In this document: positions 23,845-33,399 of the stretch, one piece after another
Layout of the letters: the number at the start of each line of letters is the position of its first letter
How positions within the stretch are numbered: position 1 is the stretch's first letter
Assembly (NCBI GenBank): GCA_001600695.1
Contig: BCKQ01000001.1
Span: 2,152,615-2,216,614 of the forward strand
Direction: 5' to 3'
Source of the DNA: Ascoidea asiatica JCM 7603
Lineage: Eukaryota; Fungi; Ascomycota
DNA: 64,000 bases
Notes under the pieces: generated by a model
The model's input: only the letters and a program-made list of their open reading frames with translations
Databases searched by the model: none
What the model was told of the DNA's origin: nothing
Translations under genes and position numbers: made by a program

Positions 23845-25030
23845 ATCTTTGATTTTCCTTCCACTAAAATATCACCTTTTGATATATTTTTTAATTTTTT
23901 TGTTTTTTCTTTTAGATGTTTTTCAATGTTTGATAATTTTGATAAAGTTAATTTTCGGAGTTCCTCAGAAATGAGATTTTTATGTATGGCTGAAAAGAGT
24001 TTTCTGGAACAAATCGGATGGAAAGCAGAAAAGTGAGACTGATTTTGGCCAAGTGTCGGGTGCTTGAGCTCAATTTCCGCTTCTGGTTTTAATTGGCTGA
24101 AACTGGGCTCGCTCGGTTCGAAGAAAATATGATAAAAATAATAAGAAGAAATTGATAATATAATTTCACCTGATCTTTCTCAAATGTGATTGCAATTCAA
24201 TTCTGACTCAATTTTCACTGATTCTTTTTTTTTTCAATGTTTGTTGTTTTTTCTAACCCACTTTGAAACCATTGGAATAAAATACTGAAAGAAAATCACT
24301 CTCCGTAGAAATATACAGAAAAAAAGAAAGGAAAAGAAAAAAAATTTGAATCTGTATCGGATACATAATCGAACGATTTTTCATTATTAAAGGAGGGGTG
24401 ATTCTTTTGAAGATTATTTGAGGAAACTGATTAAGATCCGACTCACATTTTCTTAAGTATCCATCCACACTAGGAAATTTTATTTTACCTAGAAAATTGA
24501 CAGGGAAATTGACAAGGGAAAAACATTGTTATCGAGATTAACAAAGTAGTAGTAAAATACTCTTTGATAGTGGCCTGAATTACTATTGTAATAGTAGTTG
24601 CAAAGTAACGCTACTAATATCTTTCGGTAACTCGATCCTACAATTTCAATCATGACTTGAGTAAATTAACCCCTTGAGAGGTCTGGCGATACTGAAGTTT
24701 TTGGTAAAGTGACTGTTCTGCTATCTGGTATGAGTCTTGTGCTCTAAGGCAAAGACTCACCGAAGACAAAGTGGCGAGACTCCCTGATGAGACAGGTGTG
24801 GTTAAAGAGCGATAAGCTTAAAAAGTGTAATGCACACGTAATATTCATCCTTATAGGAGGGGTATATCTCTGGAGATTCTCAGAAAACCATCCGAAGCCC
24901 CTCCAATCCGGCTTCTATAAAGTTTAGCAGTTAGTGCACACATATGAAAGCCGCTGACTGCCTCTGATTGCCGTTTTCCTGCTAACCAAAAAATTTAGTA
25001 CTGTACTGGCAAAAGTCGAATTTTGGCTCT
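23845..25030 (+). ncRNA. Candidate long structured RNA, possibly telomerase RNA; boundaries approximate
   Basis: Many nested helices containing G-U pairs on the + strand, a terminally redundant C-rich segment 24431-24457, a P3-like internal loop at 24538-46/24614-20, and an Sm-like AATTTTGG at 25019-26. No homology search possible. Confidence 0.4.
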
Positions 25031-25454
25031 GATTAAAATTATTTACTCGAATAAATTTTGATTTTCTTCCATTTTCATACTGTAATAAATTAATCAAATA
25101 AAAAAATTTATTAAAGTTACAGGAGCATCAAATGACAAATACCAAAAAAAATACTTTTTTTTCTATTATTCTTTAAAAAACACCCAATTTCAATTTCAAT
25201 TCAATTTCAATGAAGTCTTCAATTCAAATATTTAAACTCACACTTTTTCCTTAATTTTGAAAATATTTTTTTGTTCATATTCTTCTTTCTATTTTTTATT
25301 CATTCATCTTAATAAATAAATAAATATTTTAATTTATAACTTTTGCTTAATCTTTGCCTTATTATCAAACAAAACACACAATCATATATCTATCTATCTG
25401 ATAATATATAACCAATCAACCAATTAACCAACCAATTAAATCATTATAACAAAA

Positions 25455-25748
25455 ATGTTACCAGTTACTTATTCAGTTATTTCAACTTCATTATTAAATT
25501 CAACTTTAAATTCAATTCCAATATCTTTATTAAGAAATTCAAATTCAATTAGACATTATGCTGCTCAAACAAGATTAGCTTCTGCAAGAGTTTCAACAAA
25601 TTCTTTTGATTTAATTAATGGTAATAATTTTAAATCTTTTAAAGAATATAGAGAAAAAGTTAAAAGAGAAGAATTACATGGTGAAGGAAATTTTAAATTA
25701 ATTACTCATGATACAAATGGTAAAGTTATTTATCCATTAAATAAATAA
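25455..25748 (+). CDS. Small unknown protein (97 aa), probable mitochondrial presequence
   Basis: Strong ACAAAAATG context and genome-typical codons (TTA, TCA, AGA, GGT, GCT). First ~50 aa are Ser/Leu/Arg-rich with no acidic residue and contain an R-3-like site (IRHY|A). Confidence 0.75.
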   Translation: MLPVTYSVISTSLLNSTLNSIPISLLRNSNSIRHYAAQTRLASARVSTNSFDLINGNNFKSFKEYREKVKREELHGEGNFKLITHDTNGKVIYPLNK

Positions 25749-25858
25749 TTAAATAATTAACTTTAGTTACTATGCCTTTTTTTTTTATCAAATTGATTAA
25801 ATATTCAAATCTTAGATTCTTTTTTTTATTTCCCTTACCAATCAATCAATCTCTCAAT

Positions 25859-25926
25859 AAATCATTCAATCAATCAATTCAAATATAACATCAAATCATT
25901 CAATCAATCAATTCAAATATAACATC
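25859..25926. repeat. Perfect 34-bp tandem duplication
   Basis: AAATCATTCAATCAATCAATTCAAATATAACATC twice (25859-92, 25893-926). Confidence 0.9.
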
Positions 25927-26132
25927 AAATCAATATGTTATAAACTTCAATTCTCCCTTCTCAAACATCAATCATCCCACTTAAGTGGTTTTCCTTTCAC
26001 AAAATAATCAATTTATTCTCCTTTTATCTTTCCTTTTTGCTTTTGTTTCCAAAAAACTTTTAATGATAGTTTTTTTCATATTTTTTTAACTCTCTTTTTT
26101 TTCCTTTAATGTATTTTATCCAAATTTGGATC

Positions 26133-26317
26133 TATCCCTTTAATCCAAGGGTCTGTACCTTCCTCTCGAGCACGTGATATATTGTAGAAACTAAGACTAT
26201 TTTTAAGAATATTTACATTTCAAACTAAATACCCATTTTTTTCAGAATAGTATAACATTAAAAAAAGTGTATTATGCGCTTAAGAGCCAAGGCACAGATC
26301 CTTGGATTAAAGGGATA
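26133..26317. mobile_element. MITE-like non-autonomous DNA element (27-bp TIRs plus flanking TA)
   Basis: TATCCCTTTAATCCAAGGGTCTGTACCTT (26133-61) versus AAGGCACAGATCCTTGGATTAAAGGGATA (26289-317): 27/29 reverse-complement identity. TA at both outer ends; non-coding 127-bp interior; between convergent genes. Confidence 0.65.
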
Positions 26318-26885
26318 ATGTGTTGGTTACATACTACTCTATATTAATATTATCTTTTTGTGTATGTGTTTTTTTTTTTGTTATTTCATTTATATACAAA
26401 GTTATTCAAATTTCACATTTTTTTTTTTTTATATAAAAATCAAATAAATAAACATAATAAATAAATAAATAAAATCTTAAAAAAAATAATTAATTTCTTT
26501 AGAAAAATGTAAAACTTTTATATATATATATATCTGGTAAAATAATAATTGAATTAATACTAGAAGTAAAAATAGAATGCTGATTGATTAGTAATTAAAT
26601 GAATGGAGCCCATAATAGCATTGTAATCAAAATAGACAACAACAACAATAAAAACAATAATAACAAAGGAATAATAAGAATAATAATAATAATAATAGTA
26701 AGGAAGAAAATGATGATAATAATAATGACAATAACAATAAAAATTTAGAAAGCAAAAAGAAAAGAAAAGAAAAGAAACTCAAAAATAAAAAAAATTAGTA
26801 AATAAATAAATAAACAATTAAACAAACAAAAAAATATCATAAAAAATTCATTCTAAATTTAAAAAAAAATTATTTTCAAATTCAA

Positions 26886-29624
26886 TTAACCTGATTTTTC
26901 ATGTTGAGTTGAAATTCTTTTCATAGCCATAACAAAATCTTCAACATTTCTCAGTTCTGTTTTTCTTTTTAATGATTTACCATTCATAAGTCTATCAAAT
27001 GCTTCTGATCTTGACATTAAAACATATGATCCTCCCATAACACAAAATACTCCTAGTGACCAAATCCAAACCTTTACGACTGTTACAATATCTGTCCAAT
27101 TTTGTGACCACCAACCAAAAAGTGCAAATATTGTTGAAATTATATCAACTGAAAGTACTGCTAATGATAATTGCCATGATGGATATGATGTCCAAAATGG
27201 TCCTGTTGCCCTTGTAATAAATATTAACCAATTTTCTGTTAATGAAATTTCAAGAAATATTACACCATCAATTGATCCAAAATTTTGTACAATACCACCT
27301 TTTGGTAAAAACATTGTTGTTAAACAAATCCATGTACCAACTGCTAAAATTATACCTAAAACAATTGACATACCCCATAATCTTGGTAAATTCCATTTGA
27401 CAGGTTTTTTAGCTAATGGTGCATTATCATAAGCAATTGCTAAAGTTGCAACATCTGCAAATATTGCTAAAAATACAACCAAATTAATATTTAAACTTTT
27501 ATCTAAAATTGCAATCCATAAACCAAAAAAAATTTCTAAATGTAAGGATAATGCAATACGATAAATAACATATGCATACATTCTATGAAAAATTTGTCTA
27601 GAAATTTGAATTGCATGAATAATTGCTGATAAACCAGGAGCTAAGAAAACAATATCAGCAGCAGCTCTGGCAGCATCTGTTGCACCTTTTACAGCAATTC
27701 CAGTATCAGCTTTTTTTAAAGATGGAGCATCATTAACACCATCACCAGTCATTGCAACTAAATAACCTCTATTTTGTAAAATATCAACAACATTATATTT
27801 ATGTTGAGGAAAAACTTCTGCAAAACCATCAGCATTTTCAACAAAATCCGCGATTTCTGAACCTGGCATATCACCACCACCAGAAAGTCCTAATCTTTCA
27901 GCATCATAAATATTTGAACCAAGACCTAATTGTCTACAAGTTTCTTTTGCAATGCCAACAGCATCACCAGTTAAAATTTTAACTCTTAAACCAAGATTAT
28001 GAGCTTCATTAATAGTTTGAGCAGTATCATCTCTTGGTGGATCTAAACATGGCATAATTCCTAAAATTTCATATGGCATATTACCAATTTTTCTTGCAAT
28101 ACCTAAAGAACGAAAACCTCTTGAAGCAAATTCAGCAACTTTATTTTCATAATTTTCTCTGACTTCTTCAGGAACATCAGCATCAGCTTCAACAGTTCTT
28201 AAAACAAATAAAGGAGCACCTTTAATACAAACAATTCTTTTACCATCAGGAGCTTCAACTAAAGCTGCAACTCTTTTTGAAACAGGATCAAATGGATGAA
28301 ATTCTAATACAGTAAATTTATTTAAAGCTTCTAAAGCTCTTGGATAACTTTTTAAAGATCTTAAAAAAGCTTTATCAATTGCATCTAAACCTTTTTTTTT
28401 TCTACTTGAAGCTAAACATGCAGTTAACATTAATTCATCAGGAGAAACACCTTCAACAGTATAAGGTTCATATAAAGCTAATTTATTTTTTGTTAAAGTA
28501 CCAGTTTTATCAGAACATAAAATTTCAACGCCAGCTAAAGATTCAATTGCAGATAATTTTTGTACAATTGCTTTTCTTCTTGCTAAATAAGCAGCACCAA
28601 CAGCCATTGTTGTTGTTACAACTGCAGGTAAACCAACAGGTACACCAACCATTGTTATAGCTAAAGAGAATCTTAAAATTTTTACAATTCCACTTGTTCT
28701 ATAAAAACATGCTGTCCAAACTAATAATAAAGTTATTATAACTAAAATTAATAACATTGTACCAATACCATTTAAAACTTCAGTAAAATGACCAGTACCA
28801 GAATTTGCTTTATTAACTAAAGAAGCAGCTCTACCAACAAAAGTTTGAGAACCAATTGCAGTTACAATCATATAACCATCACCTCTTTTAACAGTTGAAG
28901 AAGAAAAAGTTAAATCACCCGAATGTTTTTCAACAGCTAAAGATTCACCAGTTATAGTTGATTGATCAACTTGTAAAAAACAATCATCAGAAATTAATTT
29001 ACCATCGGCAGGTATTATTGTACCTTCTTCTAATTGTAAAATATCACCAGGTACAACTTCATTTGAAGGTATTTCAATTAAATGAGAATTTCTTAAAACA
29101 GTTGCAAAATGAGCTAAAGTTTTTTTTAATTCTAAAACAATTGTATTTGCCTGATATTCTTGTATAAAACCAACAGTTGCATTTAATAATAATAAAGCAC
29201 AAATTACACCAAAATCAACCCAATCTTGTAAACCAGCAGCTAAAATTGCTGCAGCTTCCATAACAAATTGAATTGGACCAATAAAATACATAACAAATTT
29301 TATAATTAAATTTTCATATTCTTCTTCAATTTGATTTAAACCATATTTTTTTCTTAATTTTAAAATTTCTTCATTTATTAAACCAGTTTCTGGATTTGTA
29401 TTATAAATAAATTCATCATTTTTTTGAAAATTTTTTAAATTTAAAGGATCATGAGGATTATTTGATAAAATTTTCAAATTTTCATCTTCTTCATCATCTG
29501 TTGAAACAATATCAATATCTTGTAATAAATCATTAATATCATCTTGATTAATTTTTTGATTTCTTAATTGAATCTCTTTTTCTTCCGGGGTTAAATCAGA
29601 TATTATTGAATCTGGTAAGTCCAT
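26886..29624 (-). CDS. PMA1: Plasma-membrane P3A H+-ATPase, divergent Pma1/Pma2-like paralog
   Basis: [40 protein letters not shown]6 IFADVATL, C-terminal RISTQHEK. Family certain; whether it is the main PMA1 is doubtful. Confidence 0.9.
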   Translation of the reverse strand: MDLPDSIISDLTPEEKEIQLRNQKINQDDINDLLQDIDIVSTDDEEDENLKILSNNPHDPLNLKNFQKNDEFIYNTNPETGLINEEILKLRKKYGLNQIEEEYENLIIKFVMYFIGPIQFVMEAAAILAAGLQDWVDFGVICALLLLNATVGFIQEYQANTIVLELKKTLAHFATVLRNSHLIEIPSNEVVPGDILQLEEGTIIPADGKLISDDCFLQVDQSTITGESLAVEKHSGDLTFSSSTVKRGDGYMIVTAIGSQTFVGRAASLVNKANSGTGHFTEVLNGIGTMLLILVIITLLLVWTACFYRTSGIVKILRFSLAITMVGVPVGLPAVVTTTMAVGAAYLARRKAIVQKLSAIESLAGVEILCSDKTGTLTKNKLALYEPYTVEGVSPDELMLTACLASSRKKKGLDAIDKAFLRSLKSYPRALEALNKFTVLEFHPFDPVSKRVAALVEAPDGKRIVCIKGAPLFVLRTVEADADVPEEVRENYENKVAEFASRGFRSLGIARKIGNMPYEILGIMPCLDPPRDDTAQTINEAHNLGLRVKILTGDAVGIAKETCRQLGLGSNIYDAERLGLSGGGDMPGSEIADFVENADGFAEVFPQHKYNVVDILQNRGYLVAMTGDGVNDAPSLKKADTGIAVKGATDAARAAADIVFLAPGLSAIIHAIQISRQIFHRMYAYVIYRIALSLHLEIFFGLWIAILDKSLNINLVVFLAIFADVATLAIAYDNAPLAKKPVKWNLPRLWGMSIVLGIILAVGTWICLTTMFLPKGGIVQNFGSIDGVIFLEISLTENWLIFITRATGPFWTSYPSWQLSLAVLSVDIISTIFALFGWWSQNWTDIVTVVKVWIWSLGVFCVMGGSYVLMSRSEAFDRLMNGKSLKRKTELRNVEDFVMAMKRISTQHEKSG

Positions 29625-30054
29625 GATTCATATAACTTAACTATAACTTATTATTATATATTGAAGAGTTATCCTAGATCTTATATTATTATTCTTACTA
29701 TCAATTTAATATTATTAAATTGAATATATTTTTTTATTATCTTAATCATTATTATCAAATTACAAAATTATAAAATTATCAAATTCAGATTTAGAATAGT
29801 AAATATACAAATAGTAAAGTACCATAGTAGTAATACTTAGGCTACTTGCTGTAGAGAACTGAGCTCGTAAGTGTATGCACTAGAGTAGTAAGTTAACAAA
29901 CACTTAGTAAGCTAACAAACAATGCCGGCACTACAAGCAGAATCCTCACGGAATGCACTCGTTGCCGCTCATTGTTCTGCGCCACGCTAAAGGCGCCACT
30001 CGTACGAGGCTTTCTTGTAGAGTCCGGATTCAGCCGGATAATGTGGCTGAAAAC

Positions 30055-30228
30055 AGGGCTCTAATGTAAAAAATAGCCCTACTGCAAATGTTACATAACA
30101 TTACAACTTTATACACCAGCTCGCAAAAAATAAAAATAGTATATTACATAACTACACGTGTGTTTATGGAGAGTGCCTGGTGTCGGTATGAGTCCAGAAT
30201 AGTGGCACTTCTTGCTTTAACACGTGAT
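30055..30228. promoter_or_regulatory. Inverted Tbf1-like pair plus two CACGTG E-boxes in the PMA/PTI1 divergent promoter
   Basis: AGGGCT 30055-60 ... AGCCCT(A) 30075-81; CACGTG 30155-60; CACGTGAT 30221-28. Confidence 0.45.
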
Positions 30229-30648
30229 CTTTGATATTTTCTGATATTTTTCTCATTTTTCAATGCTGGTTTTGCTGTAAACCTTTTTGTGTGTGAAATA
30301 AAAAAAGAATTGAACTGGTGAATAAATTATAAATGCTTGGTTATTAATCTTACACTGCTTACTTTGTTTTCACAAGCTTCAATATCTTTTTCATTTATAA
30401 TTTGAAACTTTGATATTTATATATTCATATTTTTAAATATTAATTACTTATTCAATAAGTTTAACTTTCCATATTTAATTCATTTAATTCTAATATCTAT
30501 TCATAAAATTTGATTATAGTACTTGGTACTCTTTTGAACCCAGAGACGATTTCGATTTACAGTATACGATTTTTTAAATTAAATTATATTTTTAAATAAT
30601 TATTAAATATTAAATATTAAATACTATAACTTAATTCTTTTTTTTCAA

Positions 30649-31809
30649 ATGGCAAGAGGTGGTAAAATAAGTTCATCCTCTGTAATATATTTCGGTCAGT
30701 TACCTTTTGATTGGGATGCAAATAATATCAAAAGTATTGTTAAAGGTAGTGGTCCAGTAACTGATGTTAGAATGAAATTTGAAAAAGGTAGAAATAAAGG
30801 GTTTTGTTTTATTGAATATTTAACTCCATTTGATGCAAAATTTGCTTTAAATTTATTATCTCAAATTACTTATAAAGGTAAAAATCTTAGAGTTGAATTA
30901 TCAAAAGAAGGTTTAAGAACTTTTGGTCCTTCAACAAAATCAACTTTAAATCTTGATAGAAGATTTTTACCAAATGATATTTTCTTACCACAGCAAATGT
31001 TAAATGATGATAATCAAAACAATTCAAAACATTTAAATAATAATAATCAAAATCAAAATCAAACTCTAAATCCAAACTCAATTCCAAATTTGAGTAGTAA
31101 TAAGAATAACCAAGTTTTAAATAATAATAATCAAATATTAAATAATGATTTAATTAATGCTACAAATATTTTACCAAATCATAATCCAATTTATTTTCCA
31201 ATATCTTCAACTGATAAAATTTCTTCAAATTTATCTAAAATTCAGCCTCCTCAAATTATTCAAATGATAACTGCTTTAAAAAATTTACTATTATCTGGAA
31301 ATTTTCAAGGTGCTTCTGATCTATTAAATTTATCAAATGATTTAACAGTATCTATATCCCAAGCTTTATTTTTAATGGGCTTAATAGATACTGAAACTAT
31401 AAAACAAGCTGCTTCTTTAGCTTCTTCTTCTTCTTCATCTCAACCTCAATCTCAATCACTTCCAATACAATCTGATCAACCTTTTTTACCAAGAAATCCA
31501 ATAAAAATACGTTCTTCTGTACTACAATCACCACCACCACCACCACCACCACTTTCACCTTCTCCTCCACCTCCTCCTACTATTGAAAATTCTTCAATTC
31601 CTCTTAATATAAATCAAAACATAAATTCAAATATAAATCCAGAATGGTCTTCATTACCTTCTTCTGCAATTCAAAAATTATTACAATTACCTTCAAATCA
31701 AGCAGATCTAATAGCAAAAGTTTTACTAATACCTGATTCAACTGTATCTTCCTTACCACAAGATCAGTTAGATTCAATTTTAGCTATTCGTTCTCAATAT
31801 ATAAATTAA
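30649..31809 (+). CDS. PTI1: CstF-64/Rna15-family RRM protein, Pti1 type (CPF/APT subunit)
   Basis: RRM IYFGQLPFDWD...GSGPVTDVR...NKGFCFIEY; hinge DKISSNLSKIQPPQIIQMI...QALFLMGLID; C-terminal KVLLIP...LPQDQ...IRSQY. Confidence 0.82.
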   Translation: MARGGKISSSSVIYFGQLPFDWDANNIKSIVKGSGPVTDVRMKFEKGRNKGFCFIEYLTPFDAKFALNLLSQITYKGKNLRVELSKEGLRTFGPSTKSTLNLDRRFLPNDIFLPQQMLNDDNQNNSKHLNNNNQNQNQTLNPNSIPNLSSNKNNQVLNNNNQILNNDLINATNILPNHNPIYFPISSTDKISSNLSKIQPPQIIQMITALKNLLLSGNFQGASDLLNLSNDLTVSISQALFLMGLIDTETIKQAASLASSSSSSQPQSQSLPIQSDQPFLPRNPIKIRSSVLQSPPPPPPPLSPSPPPPPTIENSSIPLNINQNINSNINPEWSSLPSSAIQKLLQLPSNQADLIAKVLLIPDSTVSSLPQDQLDSILAIRSQYIN

Positions 31810-32054
31810 TCTTACATTTTTATTTTTTTTACAAATTTGTATTCTTGCTTTATTTAGATATTTTTTTATTGAATTTTTTTAACTATTTAATACTTTTTTT
31901 TTACTATATAGGTACACTACACTAATCTTTATTTTTGTCTTTCCCATTTAATTTTTCATTACATTTTTAATCACTTGCAACATTCAAATCATTACAAAAA
32001 ACTTTTGTGTCTTATGGATAATATTTAAGCTTCTCATAACTCAGAATTTATTTG

Positions 32055-32187
32055 TTATGAGTTATCAATTATCAGCTATTAGTAATGAATTATGAGTTGT
32101 GAATTGCGAGTTGTGAATTGCGAGTTGAGAATTAAGAGTTAAGAGTTATGAGTTATGAACTATGATTTATAATTTATGATTTATGAT
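32055..32187. repeat. Degenerate 7-bp-period minisatellite (19 in-phase units, TTATGAG-like)
   Basis: ttatgag ttatcaa ttatcag ctattag taatgaa ttatgag ttgtgaa ttgcgag ttgtgaa ttgcgag ttgagaa ttaagag ttaagag ttatgag ttatgaa ctatgat ttataat ttatgat ttatgat. Confidence 0.85.
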
Positions 32188-32830
32188 TTCTTTTTTTGAT
32201 TTGAAATTATGATTTTTATTTGCAAATTGTGATTTTAAAAATGAGAATAAAGCAATCAGGTTAAATTTTTGTTTGCAATGATAAAACAGCTTTTTGTGAA
32301 AAAAAAAAAAAAAAAAATTTAACGAAATAAAAAAATTTAACATTGATAAAAAATTAGAAAGATAAAAAAAATTGATATATAAAAGTAAATTATCAAAATA
32401 ATTAAAAAAAAAGGTGAAAAAAAATTTTTAAACGTTCGTCAAATTAATAAAATTCGCATTTTTCTTTCAAAAAGATACTTAGGTAATTACCGAAGTTTAG
32501 AAAAATTTATAAAAAAAAAAAGATAAGCATTTTGAAGAATAATAAGTTCAATTTTAAGAAAAAATTGTTACTAATTTTTGTAAAACCTTTTGAAATAAAT
32601 CTGTAATAAAGATAACGTATATGTCTTTAAAAAGTTGTAGAAAGAATAGCAATACATTAAAAATTGAATTCAACATCACAAGATAATACCTATCTCAAAA
32701 AAAAAAAATTTTGAAAAAAAGAACAAGAGAAAATCAATACAAAAAAGAAACAAATGCCAAAAAGAAAACACAAAACAAGCTTTATATAATTGATAATAAT
32801 ATACAATAAATAATCAAATTCAATTAAAAA

Positions 32831-33355
32831 TTATGAATTGTTATTAATATTTTTTATTGATGAGTTAGGTAATTCTGGAGTTGGGGTTGATTTGACCCAA
32901 TTTTTCCAATCAAGTGGTCTAACTTGTTCTGAATTGTTTATTAATTCTAATTGAGAGCAACAATTAATAGCAGATTTAAGTAAAGAAATTGTGTCATTTT
33001 CTATTTCAGCTATAGTTTTTTGATCATTTCCTTGATAATTACTATTAGATATTGATTTTATTCTATTAAATTTTGCAATTTCAGAGATATTGATTCCTCC
33101 AGAAGTTTTATCCATTTGATCTCTTAAATATGTATCCTTTATTAAATTGTCAAAAGAGAAATAATATGTGATTTGATTGATCATTGAAAGTAATTTATCA
33201 TCTAACATTGGCTGTTGATTTGTTAATTGATTATTATACATTAATGGGTTATTTACTGAATTAATTGATGGATATAATGGTAAAGTATTAATATTAGAAT
33301 TAATTGGAGAAGCAACAAATTGATTTGCTTGAAAATTAGGTGAAAGTGGCATTAA

Positions 33356-33399
<44 letters not shown>

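Noticed and set aside
23527-24122. GTTCGA motifs as tRNA T-loops or B-boxes; CAGTGAGGA as U4-like
   Set aside because: No cloverleaf or full GTTCRANNC, and no U4 5' end. I recognised no U1/U2/U5/U6, U3, SRP, RNase P or MRP core motifs.
24784-24790. CTGATGA as a hammerhead ribozyme core
   Set aside because: No stem II followed by GAAA and no stem III/NUH arrangement.
24890-24910. ATCCG-AAGCCCCTCCA-ATCCG as an alternative telomerase template
   Set aside because: Too close to the putative 3' end and largely sequestered in hairpins; kept only as a fallback for the telomere-repeat test.
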